Positions 45,728 through 54,617 of a stretch of DNA of 64,000 nt are shown here, one piece after another. The notes beneath the pieces are model-generated. The model was not told where the DNA came from and did no database searches. It saw nothing but the letters and a program-made list of their open reading frames with translations. The position numbers and the translations under genes are program-made. Position 1 is the first letter of the stretch; each line of letters opens with the position of its first letter. Source of the DNA: Halanaerobiales bacterium (lineage in GTDB: Bacteria > Bacillota > Halanaerobiia > Halanaerobiales > M55B127); NCBI GenBank assembly GCA_034521955.1, contig JAXHLT010000005.1:71663-135662 (forward strand), in the 5' to 3' direction.

Positions 45728-45770
45728 GGGAGGTATTATTTAAGTATCCTCCCTTTATATTATATTTTTT
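45728..45770 (+). terminator. candidate terminator after rpsR
   Basis: GGGAGG…CCTCCC stem (bulged) followed by TTTATATTATATTTTTT. Confidence 0.5.
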
Positions 45771-45807
45771 AAAAGCCAGTTATCATAATGTTGAGGTGTA
45801 ATAATAA

Positions 45808-46701
45808 ATGCTTAATCAAAGAATAAAAGATAGTACTAAAGCAGTTATATATCTACTAATATTGACATTAATAAATGTTTATATTCCATTTCTCAGCATT
45901 CTAGTTTTAATTGTATGGCCTATTCCGGTTGCAGTTATTACATTAAAGCATGATAGGAATACGGTAGTGGGAGTAATCGCGGTTACTGCACTTATAAATG
46001 GATTATTGTTTGGACCAATGTTTGGGTTATTAGCTGTTATAGGTTTTGGTCTAATAGGTTTTGTTATTGGTACTTGTATCAAAGAAGATATAAAACCATT
46101 AAATACATTGATTTTCTCGGTACTTTCTGTTTTGCTATCACATGTATTATTAGTTTATATATCTAGATATTTACTTGGAGTTAATTTTCAAGCAATAATA
46201 AATGAAGTTGGGAATATAATAGGACAATCAAATAACATAGGTAATATGGAAGATATGATTGCAAATCAGCTACAGTTATTACAGCGATTATTTCCATCTC
46301 TAGTAGCGATTTCGGCAATAGTTACTGGTAGTTTAAACTATTATGTAACTAACTGGTATTTAAAAAAGGTTGGTTATGCTAAAAAAATCTATAAAACGAT
46401 TAAATACTGGTTTTTACCAAGATGGATCATATCAATTGGAATTGTTATATCATTAATTTTAAAAAGAAATATAATATTTGTTAATTTAAACATGGTATTA
46501 TTATTTTTGGCATTAATACAAGGATATGCAGTTTCTTTATACTTTATTGATAAAAAAACAAGTAATTCGATAATAAAAATTATATATACAGCAATTATCC
46601 TATTTGTACCATTGTTTCCCCCAGGACTTGTTTTGCTGGGGCTAACAGATTTCTGGTTTGATTTTAGAAAATTAAAAAACCGTACTAAAAAGGATGATTG
46701 A
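45808..46701 (+). CDS. yybS: DUF2232 membrane protein (YybS-like)
   Basis: 297-aa polytopic ORF in the conserved slot between rpsR and rplI. Confidence 0.65.
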   Translation: MLNQRIKDSTKAVIYLLILTLINVYIPFLSILVLIVWPIPVAVITLKHDRNTVVGVIAVTALINGLLFGPMFGLLAVIGFGLIGFVIGTCIKEDIKPLNTLIFSVLSVLLSHVLLVYISRYLLGVNFQAIINEVGNIIGQSNNIGNMEDMIANQLQLLQRLFPSLVAISAIVTGSLNYYVTNWYLKKVGYAKKIYKTIKYWFLPRWIISIGIVISLILKRNIIFVNLNMVLLFLALIQGYAVSLYFIDKKTSNSIIKIIYTAIILFVPLFPPGLVLLGLTDFWFDFRKLKNRTKKDD

Positions 46702-46722
46702 AGATAAGGGAGGTTTTAGATA

Positions 46723-47187
46723 ATGGAAATTATTCTTAGAGAAGACGTAGATAAATTAGGTTCTTCTGGAGATATTGTAGAAGTTGCTGATGGTTATGGC
46801 AGAAATTACTTAATACCAAGAGGTTATGCTGTACAAGCAACTGAATCTCAAAAGAAAAGATTAAGAAATGAAATTGAAAAAGCTAAGAAAAGAAAAGCTG
46901 AAAAAACAGAACAAGCTCAAGAATTAAAGACAAAACTTGAGGCCGAAAGATTTATTTTCCCTGTAAAAGCAGGAGAAAACGGAAAATTATTTGGATCAGT
47001 TACAAGCAAAGATATTAGTGAGGCAGCAGCAAGTGAAGGTTATGAATTAGATAAAAGAAATATTTCATTAGATGAAAACATAAAAGAACTTGGTGTTCAT
47101 AAAGTTCCAGTAAAATTATTTGATGATATTTATGCTAATTTAATTGTTGAGGTTATTGAAGCAAAAGAAGAAGAAGATAAAGAATAG
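46723..47187 (+). CDS. rplI: 50S ribosomal protein L9
   Basis: 154-aa ORF with MEIILREDVDKLGSSGDIVEVADGYGRNYLIPRG. Confidence 0.96.
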   Translation: MEIILREDVDKLGSSGDIVEVADGYGRNYLIPRGYAVQATESQKKRLRNEIEKAKKRKAEKTEQAQELKTKLEAERFIFPVKAGENGKLFGSVTSKDISEAAASEGYELDKRNISLDENIKELGVHKVPVKLFDDIYANLIVEVIEAKEEEDKE

Positions 47188-47212
47188 CTATATGAAAATT
47201 TAATTTGTATTT

Positions 47213-47238
47213 AACCCCCATATTTTTGGGGGTTTTTT
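47213..47238 (+). terminator. rho-independent terminator after rplI
   Basis: AACCCCCA-tatttt-TGGGGGTT followed by TTTTGT. Confidence 0.75.
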
Positions 47239-47264
47239 GTCTTTGTACCAATTTTTTAAAGATA

Positions 47265-47293
47265 TTGACAGAGTAAAATAATAAAGGTATAAT
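47265..47293 (+). promoter_or_regulatory. sigma-A promoter of the tetR-ABC operon
   Basis: TTGACA-17 nt-TATAAT. Confidence 0.65.
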
Positions 47294-47294
47294 A

Positions 47295-47324
47295 TGAATA
47301 TAGAGTCATGTGAATATATAGTCA
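47295..47324 (+). promoter_or_regulatory. tandem palindromic operators (probable TetR sites)
   Basis: TGAATATAgAGTCA (47295-47308) and TGAATATAtAGTCA (47311-47324) differ at one base. The second copy is 12/14 self-complementary and the first 10/14. They have a 16-bp period and start 2 nt after the -10 hexamer. Confidence 0.6.
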
Positions 47325-47352
47325 CTACACATATAAGAGAGGGGGAAATTAA

Positions 47353-47982
47353 TTGCCGAGTGAGACCTTTTATAATTTAAATGAAAGTAAAAAGCAAAGG
47401 GTTCTTAATTCTGCTATTAATGAATTTGCAGAATACGGATATACAAAGGCAAGTATAACAAGAATTGTAAATGAAGCAAAAATTGCTAAAGGAAGCTTTT
47501 ATCAATATTTTGAAAACAAATTTGATTTATTTGAGTATATAATTGAATTAGTATTTGAGAGAAAAATGAAGTATATAAATAAAAAGATTAATACCAATAA
47601 CGATAAATTCGATTTTTTTGAATATTGGAGGATGTTAAATAAAGCTGGAATTAAATTTGCGAAGGATAATAAACAGTTAGCAATAATTTCTTTAAGTTTA
47701 ATTAAAAATAAAGATAAAAATGAATTTAAAAAAATCATTGATAAATTTCAACCAGTGGGCAATGAAATGTTTGAAAAGCTTTTAGAGAAAGCTCTAAGAG
47801 AAGGACAGATCAGAAATGATATTGATAAAAAATATATTTCCCATCTGTTATATAAATCTAGTTTTTTTATTACAGAATACTTTTTAGAAGAAAATGATGT
47901 AGATAATTTTGATGAGTTTTTACCTTTAGTTGAAAACATGATGGATATAATTGGTTTTGGAATTAAAAAGGAGGTTGACTAA
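47353..47982 (+). CDS. TetR/AcrR family transcriptional regulator
   Basis: 209-aa ORF with the N-terminal HTH EYGYTKASITRIVNEAKIAKGSFYQYFENK. TTG start after GAGGGGGA. Confidence 0.88.
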   Translation: MPSETFYNLNESKKQRVLNSAINEFAEYGYTKASITRIVNEAKIAKGSFYQYFENKFDLFEYIIELVFERKMKYINKKINTNNDKFDFFEYWRMLNKAGIKFAKDNKQLAIISLSLIKNKDKNEFKKIIDKFQPVGNEMFEKLLEKALREGQIRNDIDKKYISHLLYKSSFFITEYFLEENDVDNFDEFLPLVENMMDIIGFGIKKEVD

Positions 47983-48693
47983 ATGGCATTGTTAAAATTA
48001 GATGATATTAAAAAGATATATCATCAGGGAAAGATTGATGTTCCAGCCATAAGAGGTATATCTCTCGATATTGAAAAAGGAGAATTCACCACTATTTTTG
48101 GACCCTCTGGATCTGGAAAAACAACATTGCTAAATATTATTGGTTGTTTAGATAAACCTAGCAGTGGGGATATAACATATGAAAGTCAAAAGAAGCTCTC
48201 TGAATTAAATAACAATGAATTATCTGATTTCAGAAGATATAATCTAGGCTTTATTTTTCAGGGACATAATTTAATTCCAGTATTAACAGCATTTGAAAAT
48301 GTAGAATTTGCAATTAGAATTATTGATGAAATTTCGAAAAAAGAAAGAAGAAAAAAAGTTTTTGATATATTAGAATCAGTAGGGTTGAAAGGATTGGAAA
48401 ACAGAAAACCAAATGAGCTTTCCGGTGGCCAAAAACAAAGAGTAGCTATTGCAAGGGCACTGGTTAAAAACCCAAAATTGGTTTTAGCTGACGAACCGAC
48501 AGCAAATTTAGATTCTGAGACAAGTGAAGAAGTCTTAGATATAATGCTTAAAATGAATAAGAAGTTCGGAACTACCTTTATTTTTTCTACCCATGATCCT
48601 CAAGTTATGAGGTATGCTAGGAGATTGATTGAAATAAGAGATGGAAAGGTAACTAATGATGAACAAGGAGAGGATTTGGATGTTCCTCACTAA
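47983..48693 (+). CDS. ABC transporter ATP-binding protein (LolD/MacB-NBD type)
   Basis: 236-aa ORF with Walker A GPSGSGKTT, signature LSGGQKQRVAIARA and Walker B LVLADEPT. Confidence 0.92.
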   Translation: MALLKLDDIKKIYHQGKIDVPAIRGISLDIEKGEFTTIFGPSGSGKTTLLNIIGCLDKPSSGDITYESQKKLSELNNNELSDFRRYNLGFIFQGHNLIPVLTAFENVEFAIRIIDEISKKERRKKVFDILESVGLKGLENRKPNELSGGQKQRVAIARALVKNPKLVLADEPTANLDSETSEEVLDIMLKMNKKFGTTFIFSTHDPQVMRYARRLIEIRDGKVTNDEQGEDLDVPH

Positions 48694-49918
48694 ATTGGCT
48701 TTAAAAAATTTAACAAGACATAAAAAAAGAACTATAATAACTGCCTTTGTAATATCTTTTGGTATTTTTATCTTTCTAGTATCGGATTCTTTAATGGTTG
48801 GAATGAGTGATTTAACGTTAAATAATAGTATTAATCTTCAAACTGGACACCTTCAGGTAATGAAAGAAGAGTATTGGGAGAACAAAGATGAATTACCTAT
48901 GAATAATTTAATCGAGGAAGACTCAAATATTATAAATGATATCAAAAATACTGTGAGTTCAGATAGTTATACTTCTAGGCTATTATTTGGTGCAACAATA
49001 AATAATGGCAGTGAAGATTATCCTATTAATGCTATCGGAATTAAACCAGATGATGATCAAAAAGTATTTGATTTAAAAGAATATATCTTAGAAGGTGAGA
49101 TGTTTACCGGTGGACAAAATGTTGTAATTGGTAAAGGATTAGCTGACTTAATGGGTTTTAATGTGGGCGATTATGTTACTTTATTATTCAGAACAGAAGA
49201 AGGAACATTTAATACAATTGATGCTCAATTGTCAGGTGTAATTGATTCACCACATCCTGAAATTAATGAATTTCATGTATATCTTCCTTTACAATTAGCT
49301 CAAGATTCTTTAAATATTGGTAATAAGGTAAGTAAATATCTGTTTAAATTAAAAGAGAGAGATAAATCTATAACAGCAGCAAACAATCTTAACTCTCTTT
49401 TTAATGATACTGGTTCAAATTTACATGCCTATAATTGGGAACAACTATCCCAAGAGTTACTGGCAATGATTCAGCAGGGAAATATCGAAAATATGATTAT
49501 GTTAATTATTATTATAGTGTTAGCAACAGTTGGGGTAATTAATACAGTTATATTATCTGCTTTAGAAAGATTAGAAGAAATTGGTATGATGAAAGCCTTG
49601 GGATTAAAGGTAAGAGAAATTGTTTATATTTTTGTTATTGAATCAGCAGGAATAGGAATAATTGGTTCGTTTTTTGGTGTATTAATTGGTGGTATAGGTG
49701 TATATTTTATGAGCAATTATGGTCTAAGTGTTTCATCTATGACAGAGGGACAATCTACTTTTGGTATACCTATTGCTGATAAATTGTATGGGGGTTGGGA
49801 AATTAGCACATTTATATTCATATTTTTCTTTGGAATATTAGTTTCTATTTTAGCCAGTATTTTGCCGGCAATATGGGGTGCGAAAAAAGATCCAGTTAAA
49901 GCCATATACCATAAATAG
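48680..49918 (+). CDS. ABC transporter permease, FtsX/MacB-type (LolC/E-like) 1
   Basis: It has one N-terminal TM segment, an extracytoplasmic domain of about 200 aa and three C-terminal TM segments, ending …AKKDPVKAIYHK. I prefer the ATG at 48680 after GGAGAGG over 48656. Confidence 0.85.
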   Translation: MFLTKLALKNLTRHKKRTIITAFVISFGIFIFLVSDSLMVGMSDLTLNNSINLQTGHLQVMKEEYWENKDELPMNNLIEEDSNIINDIKNTVSSDSYTSRLLFGATINNGSEDYPINAIGIKPDDDQKVFDLKEYILEGEMFTGGQNVVIGKGLADLMGFNVGDYVTLLFRTEEGTFNTIDAQLSGVIDSPHPEINEFHVYLPLQLAQDSLNIGNKVSKYLFKLKERDKSITAANNLNSLFNDTGSNLHAYNWEQLSQELLAMIQQGNIENMIMLIIIIVLATVGVINTVILSALERLEEIGMMKALGLKVREIVYIFVIESAGIGIIGSFFGVLIGGIGVYFMSNYGLSVSSMTEGQSTFGIPIADKLYGGWEISTFIFIFFFGILVSILASILPAIWGAKKDPVKAIYHK

Positions 49919-49931
49919 GAGGTGTCAGTGA

Positions 49932-51191
49932 ATGAAATTTTTATTAACGCTTGCCGGGAGAAATCTTTTTAGAAATAAAATACGAACTATTGTATCTCTG
50001 TTTGCAATAGCTATTGCTGTAATGGTTGTTATCTTTGCGCGGGGACTTATAATAGGAATATTAGATTCTTCCTATTCCCTATATATACAATATGATTCTG
50101 GTCATCTTAAAGTAATAGATGAAACATATGATCAGAAGGAAAAACTTTTATCTTTAAGACATCCTGTAGATGGATTTGAAGGTGAAGGGGTATTACCAAT
50201 GGTTGAAAAGATTGAATCTATTGAAGGTATAAACATAGTGATTCCTAGACTTAAGTTTGGAGCAATGGCCAGTCCTGGTGACGAAATTATACGTATGTTA
50301 GGATGGGGTGTAGATCCTGATAAAGAATTAGAATTTACTGACATTAAGTCTAATTTTGTAAGGGGAAGAATGGTCGAACCTAATAAAAGAGAAATAGTTT
50401 TAGGAAGTGGCTTACTAAATAAGGTCAATAAATCTGTTGGAGATAGTTTAACTATTGTATATAATAATTCTTTTGATTCTTTTAAAGGTTCAACATTTGA
50501 AATAGTAGGAGAAATTGATCATTATCTACCGTTAATTAATGAGAGGTTGTTTTATATACCTCTTGATCAGGCTCAACGAATATTAATAATGGAAAATAGT
50601 GCAACTGAAATATTAATAAAAGCCGATTCTATGAATGAGGCCGATGAAATCAAACCTAAAATTGAACAAATAATTAATAATAATGATGCAAGAGGAAAAT
50701 ATATTGTTCAAACCTGGGATGAGGCTAATCCGATGTTAAAATTATTTAATGTAGCTGAATACATATATAATGTTATATATATACTACTGGTTATTTTAGC
50801 AGCTGTTGTTGTAATAAACACTATGGTGATGATCGTAAAAGAAAGAACTCAAGAAATTGGAATGATGAGAGCATTGGGATTAAGAAGCAAAGAAATCTTA
50901 ACATTGTTTATTATCGAAGGAAGTTTTTTAGGTATTGTAGGTAGTTTCTTTGGAGCAATTTTTGGAGGTATGTTAACAAAGTATTTATCTGTTCATGGAA
51001 TAGATTATACTCAAGCAGTTGAAGGTATGATGGAAGAATTTTTCATGAATCCAGTATTATATCCTGTTTATAATTTAGAAAATGTTATTTTCGGATTTTT
51101 ACTTGGTTCAATTGTAACTGCTTTAACTTGTATTATACCTGCTAGAAGAGCGGCTAAACTTGAACCTCATGATGCTTTAAGGAATATTTAA
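49932..51191 (+). CDS. ABC transporter permease, FtsX/MacB-type (LolC/E-like) 2
   Basis: 419-aa paralogue with the same 1+3 TM topology, ending …ARRAAKLEPHDALRNI. Confidence 0.85.
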   Translation: MKFLLTLAGRNLFRNKIRTIVSLFAIAIAVMVVIFARGLIIGILDSSYSLYIQYDSGHLKVIDETYDQKEKLLSLRHPVDGFEGEGVLPMVEKIESIEGINIVIPRLKFGAMASPGDEIIRMLGWGVDPDKELEFTDIKSNFVRGRMVEPNKREIVLGSGLLNKVNKSVGDSLTIVYNNSFDSFKGSTFEIVGEIDHYLPLINERLFYIPLDQAQRILIMENSATEILIKADSMNEADEIKPKIEQIINNNDARGKYIVQTWDEANPMLKLFNVAEYIYNVIYILLVILAAVVVINTMVMIVKERTQEIGMMRALGLRSKEILTLFIIEGSFLGIVGSFFGAIFGGMLTKYLSVHGIDYTQAVEGMMEEFFMNPVLYPVYNLENVIFGFLLGSIVTALTCIIPARRAAKLEPHDALRNI

Positions 51192-51206
51192 TGGAGGTGT
51201 ATAAAA

Positions 51207-51941
51207 ATGAAAAAAATTACTTTATTTTTAATAATCTCACTATTTATATTTTCGACTTCTGCTTTGGCTATTACAGCGGAAGAGATTATTCAACATCGTG
51301 ATGATAATGAGTTTATTAAAACAGCAAGAATTGAATCAACTATGATTATTAATAACAGGGGAAGAAAATTAGAAAAAAATATGGTATCTTTAATTGAAGG
51401 AGATAATGGATTAACAGAATTCATAAATCCTATGGACCGCGGTACTAAATTTTTAAAACGAGATGATAATTTATGGATGTTTTTCCCAGATGCAGAAGAT
51501 GTTGTTAAATTATCTGGTCATATGTTAGAAAGAGGTATGATGGGTAGTGACTTTTCATACAAAGATATGATGGAATCAGAAAAATATCTTGAGTTATATA
51601 ACTTTGAATTAATAGGAGAGGAAGAATATCAGGGAAGAGAATGTTATAAGATTGAAGCTACTAAAGTCGAAGGGGCTGAAGTATCTTATTATAAAAGAAT
51701 TTCATGGATTGATAAAGAAAGATTTATTGGACTAAAAGAAGAGTTGTATGCAGAAAGTGGTCGTTTATTAAAAGAGATTGTTGTTACAAGGACAGAGGAA
51801 ATTCAAGGAAGATGGTATCCAATGGAGTCAACAATGGAAAATAAGTTGAGAGAAAATACTAGTACCACTTTTATTATAAATTCAATTGAGTTTAATCCCG
51901 AAATACCAGAAGGAACTTTTTCATTAGAATCATTACAATAA
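51207..51941 (+). CDS. secreted LolA-fold protein ('outer membrane lipoprotein-sorting protein' family)
   Basis: 244-aa ORF with the signal peptide …STSALA/ITAEE and no lipobox Cys. The central WMFFPDAEDVVKLSGH…GSDFSYKDM segment matches my recollection of the LolA-like family. The fold itself was not verified. Confidence 0.65.
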   Translation: MKKITLFLIISLFIFSTSALAITAEEIIQHRDDNEFIKTARIESTMIINNRGRKLEKNMVSLIEGDNGLTEFINPMDRGTKFLKRDDNLWMFFPDAEDVVKLSGHMLERGMMGSDFSYKDMMESEKYLELYNFELIGEEEYQGRECYKIEATKVEGAEVSYYKRISWIDKERFIGLKEELYAESGRLLKEIVVTRTEEIQGRWYPMESTMENKLRENTSTTFIINSIEFNPEIPEGTFSLESLQ

Positions 51942-51965
51942 TATAATGTTAAAGGAGGGTTATTA

Positions 51966-53063
51966 GTGTTTTCAAAACGGGTATTATTTATCACGATTGT
52001 GTTTTTATTAATAGTTACTTCACCATCATTAGCATATCAATTTGGTGGAGAACTAAATACTGGAGTTAATGCTCTATTTTATGAAAATACAAATCAAAAC
52101 CAAAATTTAATATATGAAAATGTAAACTTGGAATTGAATTTTGAGAATGCAAACTTTGAAATATCAGCAAAAAATAGTTATGGTTATACAGATAATAATT
52201 ATAATTTAGATATTTCTTTGAAAAAGGCTTATATAAGACATAAATTTAAAGATATTAGATTAACTTTAGGCAAACAACCTGTGTCTTGGTCTTTTGGCTC
52301 ATTAATTAATACTGTTGATTATAACTTAGGGGCAGAAACATTAGATCAAGAAACTTCTGCTAAATATGTAAATGCTTTAGAGTTAAGTTATCCTATTAAC
52401 TGGTATAGTAGCTTATCTTTAGTTAATGAGTTTAATCCCGATTATGATAAAATAGGTTTTAGGGCTAGAACTTTAGTGAAAGATTATGATATTAGTTTAA
52501 ATTATGTAAATAAAGAAGTTAATAATCAAAACAACTCAAGATTAGGTTTATCTTTTAAGGGAGATATAGGAAATGTTGGTATTTATGGTTCTGTATTGAA
52601 TTTAAATAATAATACTAATAATATTAGTACTAATGCTTATATGCTAGGGTCAGATTATAGTTATATTCTAGACGGTGGTTATGGAAACAGATTATATTTC
52701 CAAGGTGAATATCACATGATTGAAAATAATGAAGGAATTTTTGAAGTATTAAACTCTTTGGGGAAAACTGTATCTAGTTCAGAAGAGCAGTTGATGAAAT
52801 TGTTTAATTCTGATTATCTTAAAATATTTCTAGGTAATGTAAGTTACAATATTAACGACTTTAGTTCAATAGGAGTTTTCTCAATAACCTCATTAGATGA
52901 CGGAAGTACTGCATTAATACCAAATTATAGTAATCAACTCAGTTCAAATACATCTTTAAATATCAAATTATCCTATCTAAGTGGTAAAGAGGATGATTTT
53001 TTAGGCTCTGGTCAACTACTGCCCAAAGCTGTTTTGAATGTTGAATTAAGTTACATCTTTTAA
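51966..53063 (+). CDS. predicted outer-membrane beta-barrel protein
   Basis: 365-aa ORF with the signal peptide …TSPSLA/YQFGG and an N/S/Y/G-rich alternating pattern. The C-terminal beta-signal-like LNVELSYIF ends in Phe. GTG start after AAAGGAGGG. Confidence 0.55.
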   Translation: MFSKRVLFITIVFLLIVTSPSLAYQFGGELNTGVNALFYENTNQNQNLIYENVNLELNFENANFEISAKNSYGYTDNNYNLDISLKKAYIRHKFKDIRLTLGKQPVSWSFGSLINTVDYNLGAETLDQETSAKYVNALELSYPINWYSSLSLVNEFNPDYDKIGFRARTLVKDYDISLNYVNKEVNNQNNSRLGLSFKGDIGNVGIYGSVLNLNNNTNNISTNAYMLGSDYSYILDGGYGNRLYFQGEYHMIENNEGIFEVLNSLGKTVSSSEEQLMKLFNSDYLKIFLGNVSYNINDFSSIGVFSITSLDDGSTALIPNYSNQLSSNTSLNIKLSYLSGKEDDFLGSGQLLPKAVLNVELSYIF

Positions 53064-53219
53064 TTTATTTTCAAGTTCTTTTTCGGATAGTTGGTCCATA
53101 TCATCAAGCAGGGAAAGTATCTTTTGAAAATCTTCTTCAGATATTTTCCCTTCATTTTTTAATTTCTCATATTTATTTGTAAACTCATATACAATCTTTA
53201 AATCAATATCTTTACTCAC
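53046..53219 (-). CDS. hypothetical 57-aa protein, translationally coupled to the helicase gene
   Basis: Not in the ORF track because it is under 60 aa. Its GTG overlaps the helicase stop (GGTGAGTAAAG) and it is open for 57 codons: (M)SKDIDLKIVYEFTNKYEKLKNEGKISEEDFQKILSLLDDMDQLSEKELENKLKDVT. It fills the whole gap to the convergent barrel gene. Confidence 0.3.
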   Translation of the reverse strand: MSKDIDLKIVYEFTNKYEKLKNEGKISEEDFQKILSLLDDMDQLSEKELENKLKDVT

Positions 53220-54594
53220 CTGGAATCATACCCTCCAAAGATACATTTTCCGGATCTACAAATGCTATGTAATCTTCTTCGAACTTCAGTTTTACAGATC
53301 CAGTTTGGCCAGTACGTTGTTTAGCTATAATAATATCTGTATCTTGTTCAGTACCCTCAGCTTCAGCCTTTTCTCTAGCAGCTGCACTGGTATGGGCATG
53401 TCTATATAAAAAGATTACACCATCAGCGATTTCCTCAATATTACCGGAATCTCTAAGGTCAGACAATACTGGTCTCTTATCCTGTCTTGATGTAAAACTT
53501 CTACTAATTTGAGAAATCAAAACAATTGGGACTTCTAATTCAGAAGCAAGGTTTCTAAGCTGTAACACGATTTCTCCGACAGCTCTTGCGGTGTTTTGAG
53601 CATGTTCTTGAGGAAGCTGTATCATTTGTAGGTAATCGACTATAACAAGGCTTAAATCATCCATTTGAGCTTTAAATTTTCTAAGTCTTGCCCTTATTTG
53701 AGCAACATTTAGACCTCTTTCATCAGAGATTGCAAGAGGAAACTCATGTAAATCATCTAATGCTTTAGATATTCTTTTATCTTCCTGGTCATTTGTTTCT
53801 CCCTGATTATATTTCCAACCATTAACTTTTGCTTCCTGTATAATCATTCTATCTACAATTTCCTGTGCTTCCATCTCTAAGCTTATTATAGCTGTTGGTT
53901 CACTTCTTTTCAGGACATTTTTTGCAATGTTGATTGCAAAGGCAGTTTTACCCATACTTGTTGAAGCTGCTATTACATTTAAGTGTCCTCTTTTGAAACC
54001 ACCGATTAAATTATCAAGTGAAATAAATCCAGTTTGTAAGCCGACATCAACTTTATTGTCTTTTCTTTTCAAATATGCTTCAAATGATTCTAATAGTGCT
54101 TCTTCCATGGTATAGATATGTTTATCTAAATCATTTGATTCATTGGTTGCGGCAAATATTATTTCTTGAGCCCTTGATTGATATTCAGAGATATCTAACT
54201 CAGTTGTTTGTGCTAGTTTATCTATTTTTTTAGAAGCTCTTTGTAAAAGATCTTTTTGATGATTTGTTTTTATAATATCGATAGTAGGTTTAAGTTCTTC
54301 AGGAGTGCTAAAACCTGAGGTTAAATTTTCTATCATTTCTTCTGGTCTTTTCACAATATTTTCATTTTTAAGTTTTAGAAATAGTTTAGTTTTAGAAATT
54401 TGATTATCTCGCTCAAATTGTTTTAATAATATATCATAGATAAGTTGTGCTTTTGGATTTAGAAAGTGTTTTGTCTCTAAAACATCAGCTACTTCATCAA
54501 TCTTATTTGGATACTGTAAGAGAATAGATAAAAGTTGGAACTCTTGTTCTACACTATCTCCAGTTTTTCCAGTATAATTTTGCTCTAAAGCCAT
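53212..54594 (-). CDS. dnaB: replicative DNA helicase (DnaB family; DnaC in B. subtilis nomenclature), divergent
   Basis: 460-aa ORF with Walker A ASTSMGKTAFAINIA, Walker B VIVDYLQMI and SQISRSF…KRPVLSDLRDSGNIEEIADGVIFLYR. The N-terminal domain and several motifs deviate from the usual consensus (for example IEQDAD becomes IEEIAD). Confidence 0.88.
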   Translation of the reverse strand: MALEQNYTGKTGDSVEQEFQLLSILLQYPNKIDEVADVLETKHFLNPKAQLIYDILLKQFERDNQISKTKLFLKLKNENIVKRPEEMIENLTSGFSTPEELKPTIDIIKTNHQKDLLQRASKKIDKLAQTTELDISEYQSRAQEIIFAATNESNDLDKHIYTMEEALLESFEAYLKRKDNKVDVGLQTGFISLDNLIGGFKRGHLNVIAASTSMGKTAFAINIAKNVLKRSEPTAIISLEMEAQEIVDRMIIQEAKVNGWKYNQGETNDQEDKRISKALDDLHEFPLAISDERGLNVAQIRARLRKFKAQMDDLSLVIVDYLQMIQLPQEHAQNTARAVGEIVLQLRNLASELEVPIVLISQISRSFTSRQDKRPVLSDLRDSGNIEEIADGVIFLYRHAHTSAAAREKAEAEGTEQDTDIIIAKQRTGQTGSVKLKFEEDYIAFVDPENVSLEGMIPGE

Positions 54595-54617
54595 TATTAA
54601 TCCTCCTGTTAAGATCT

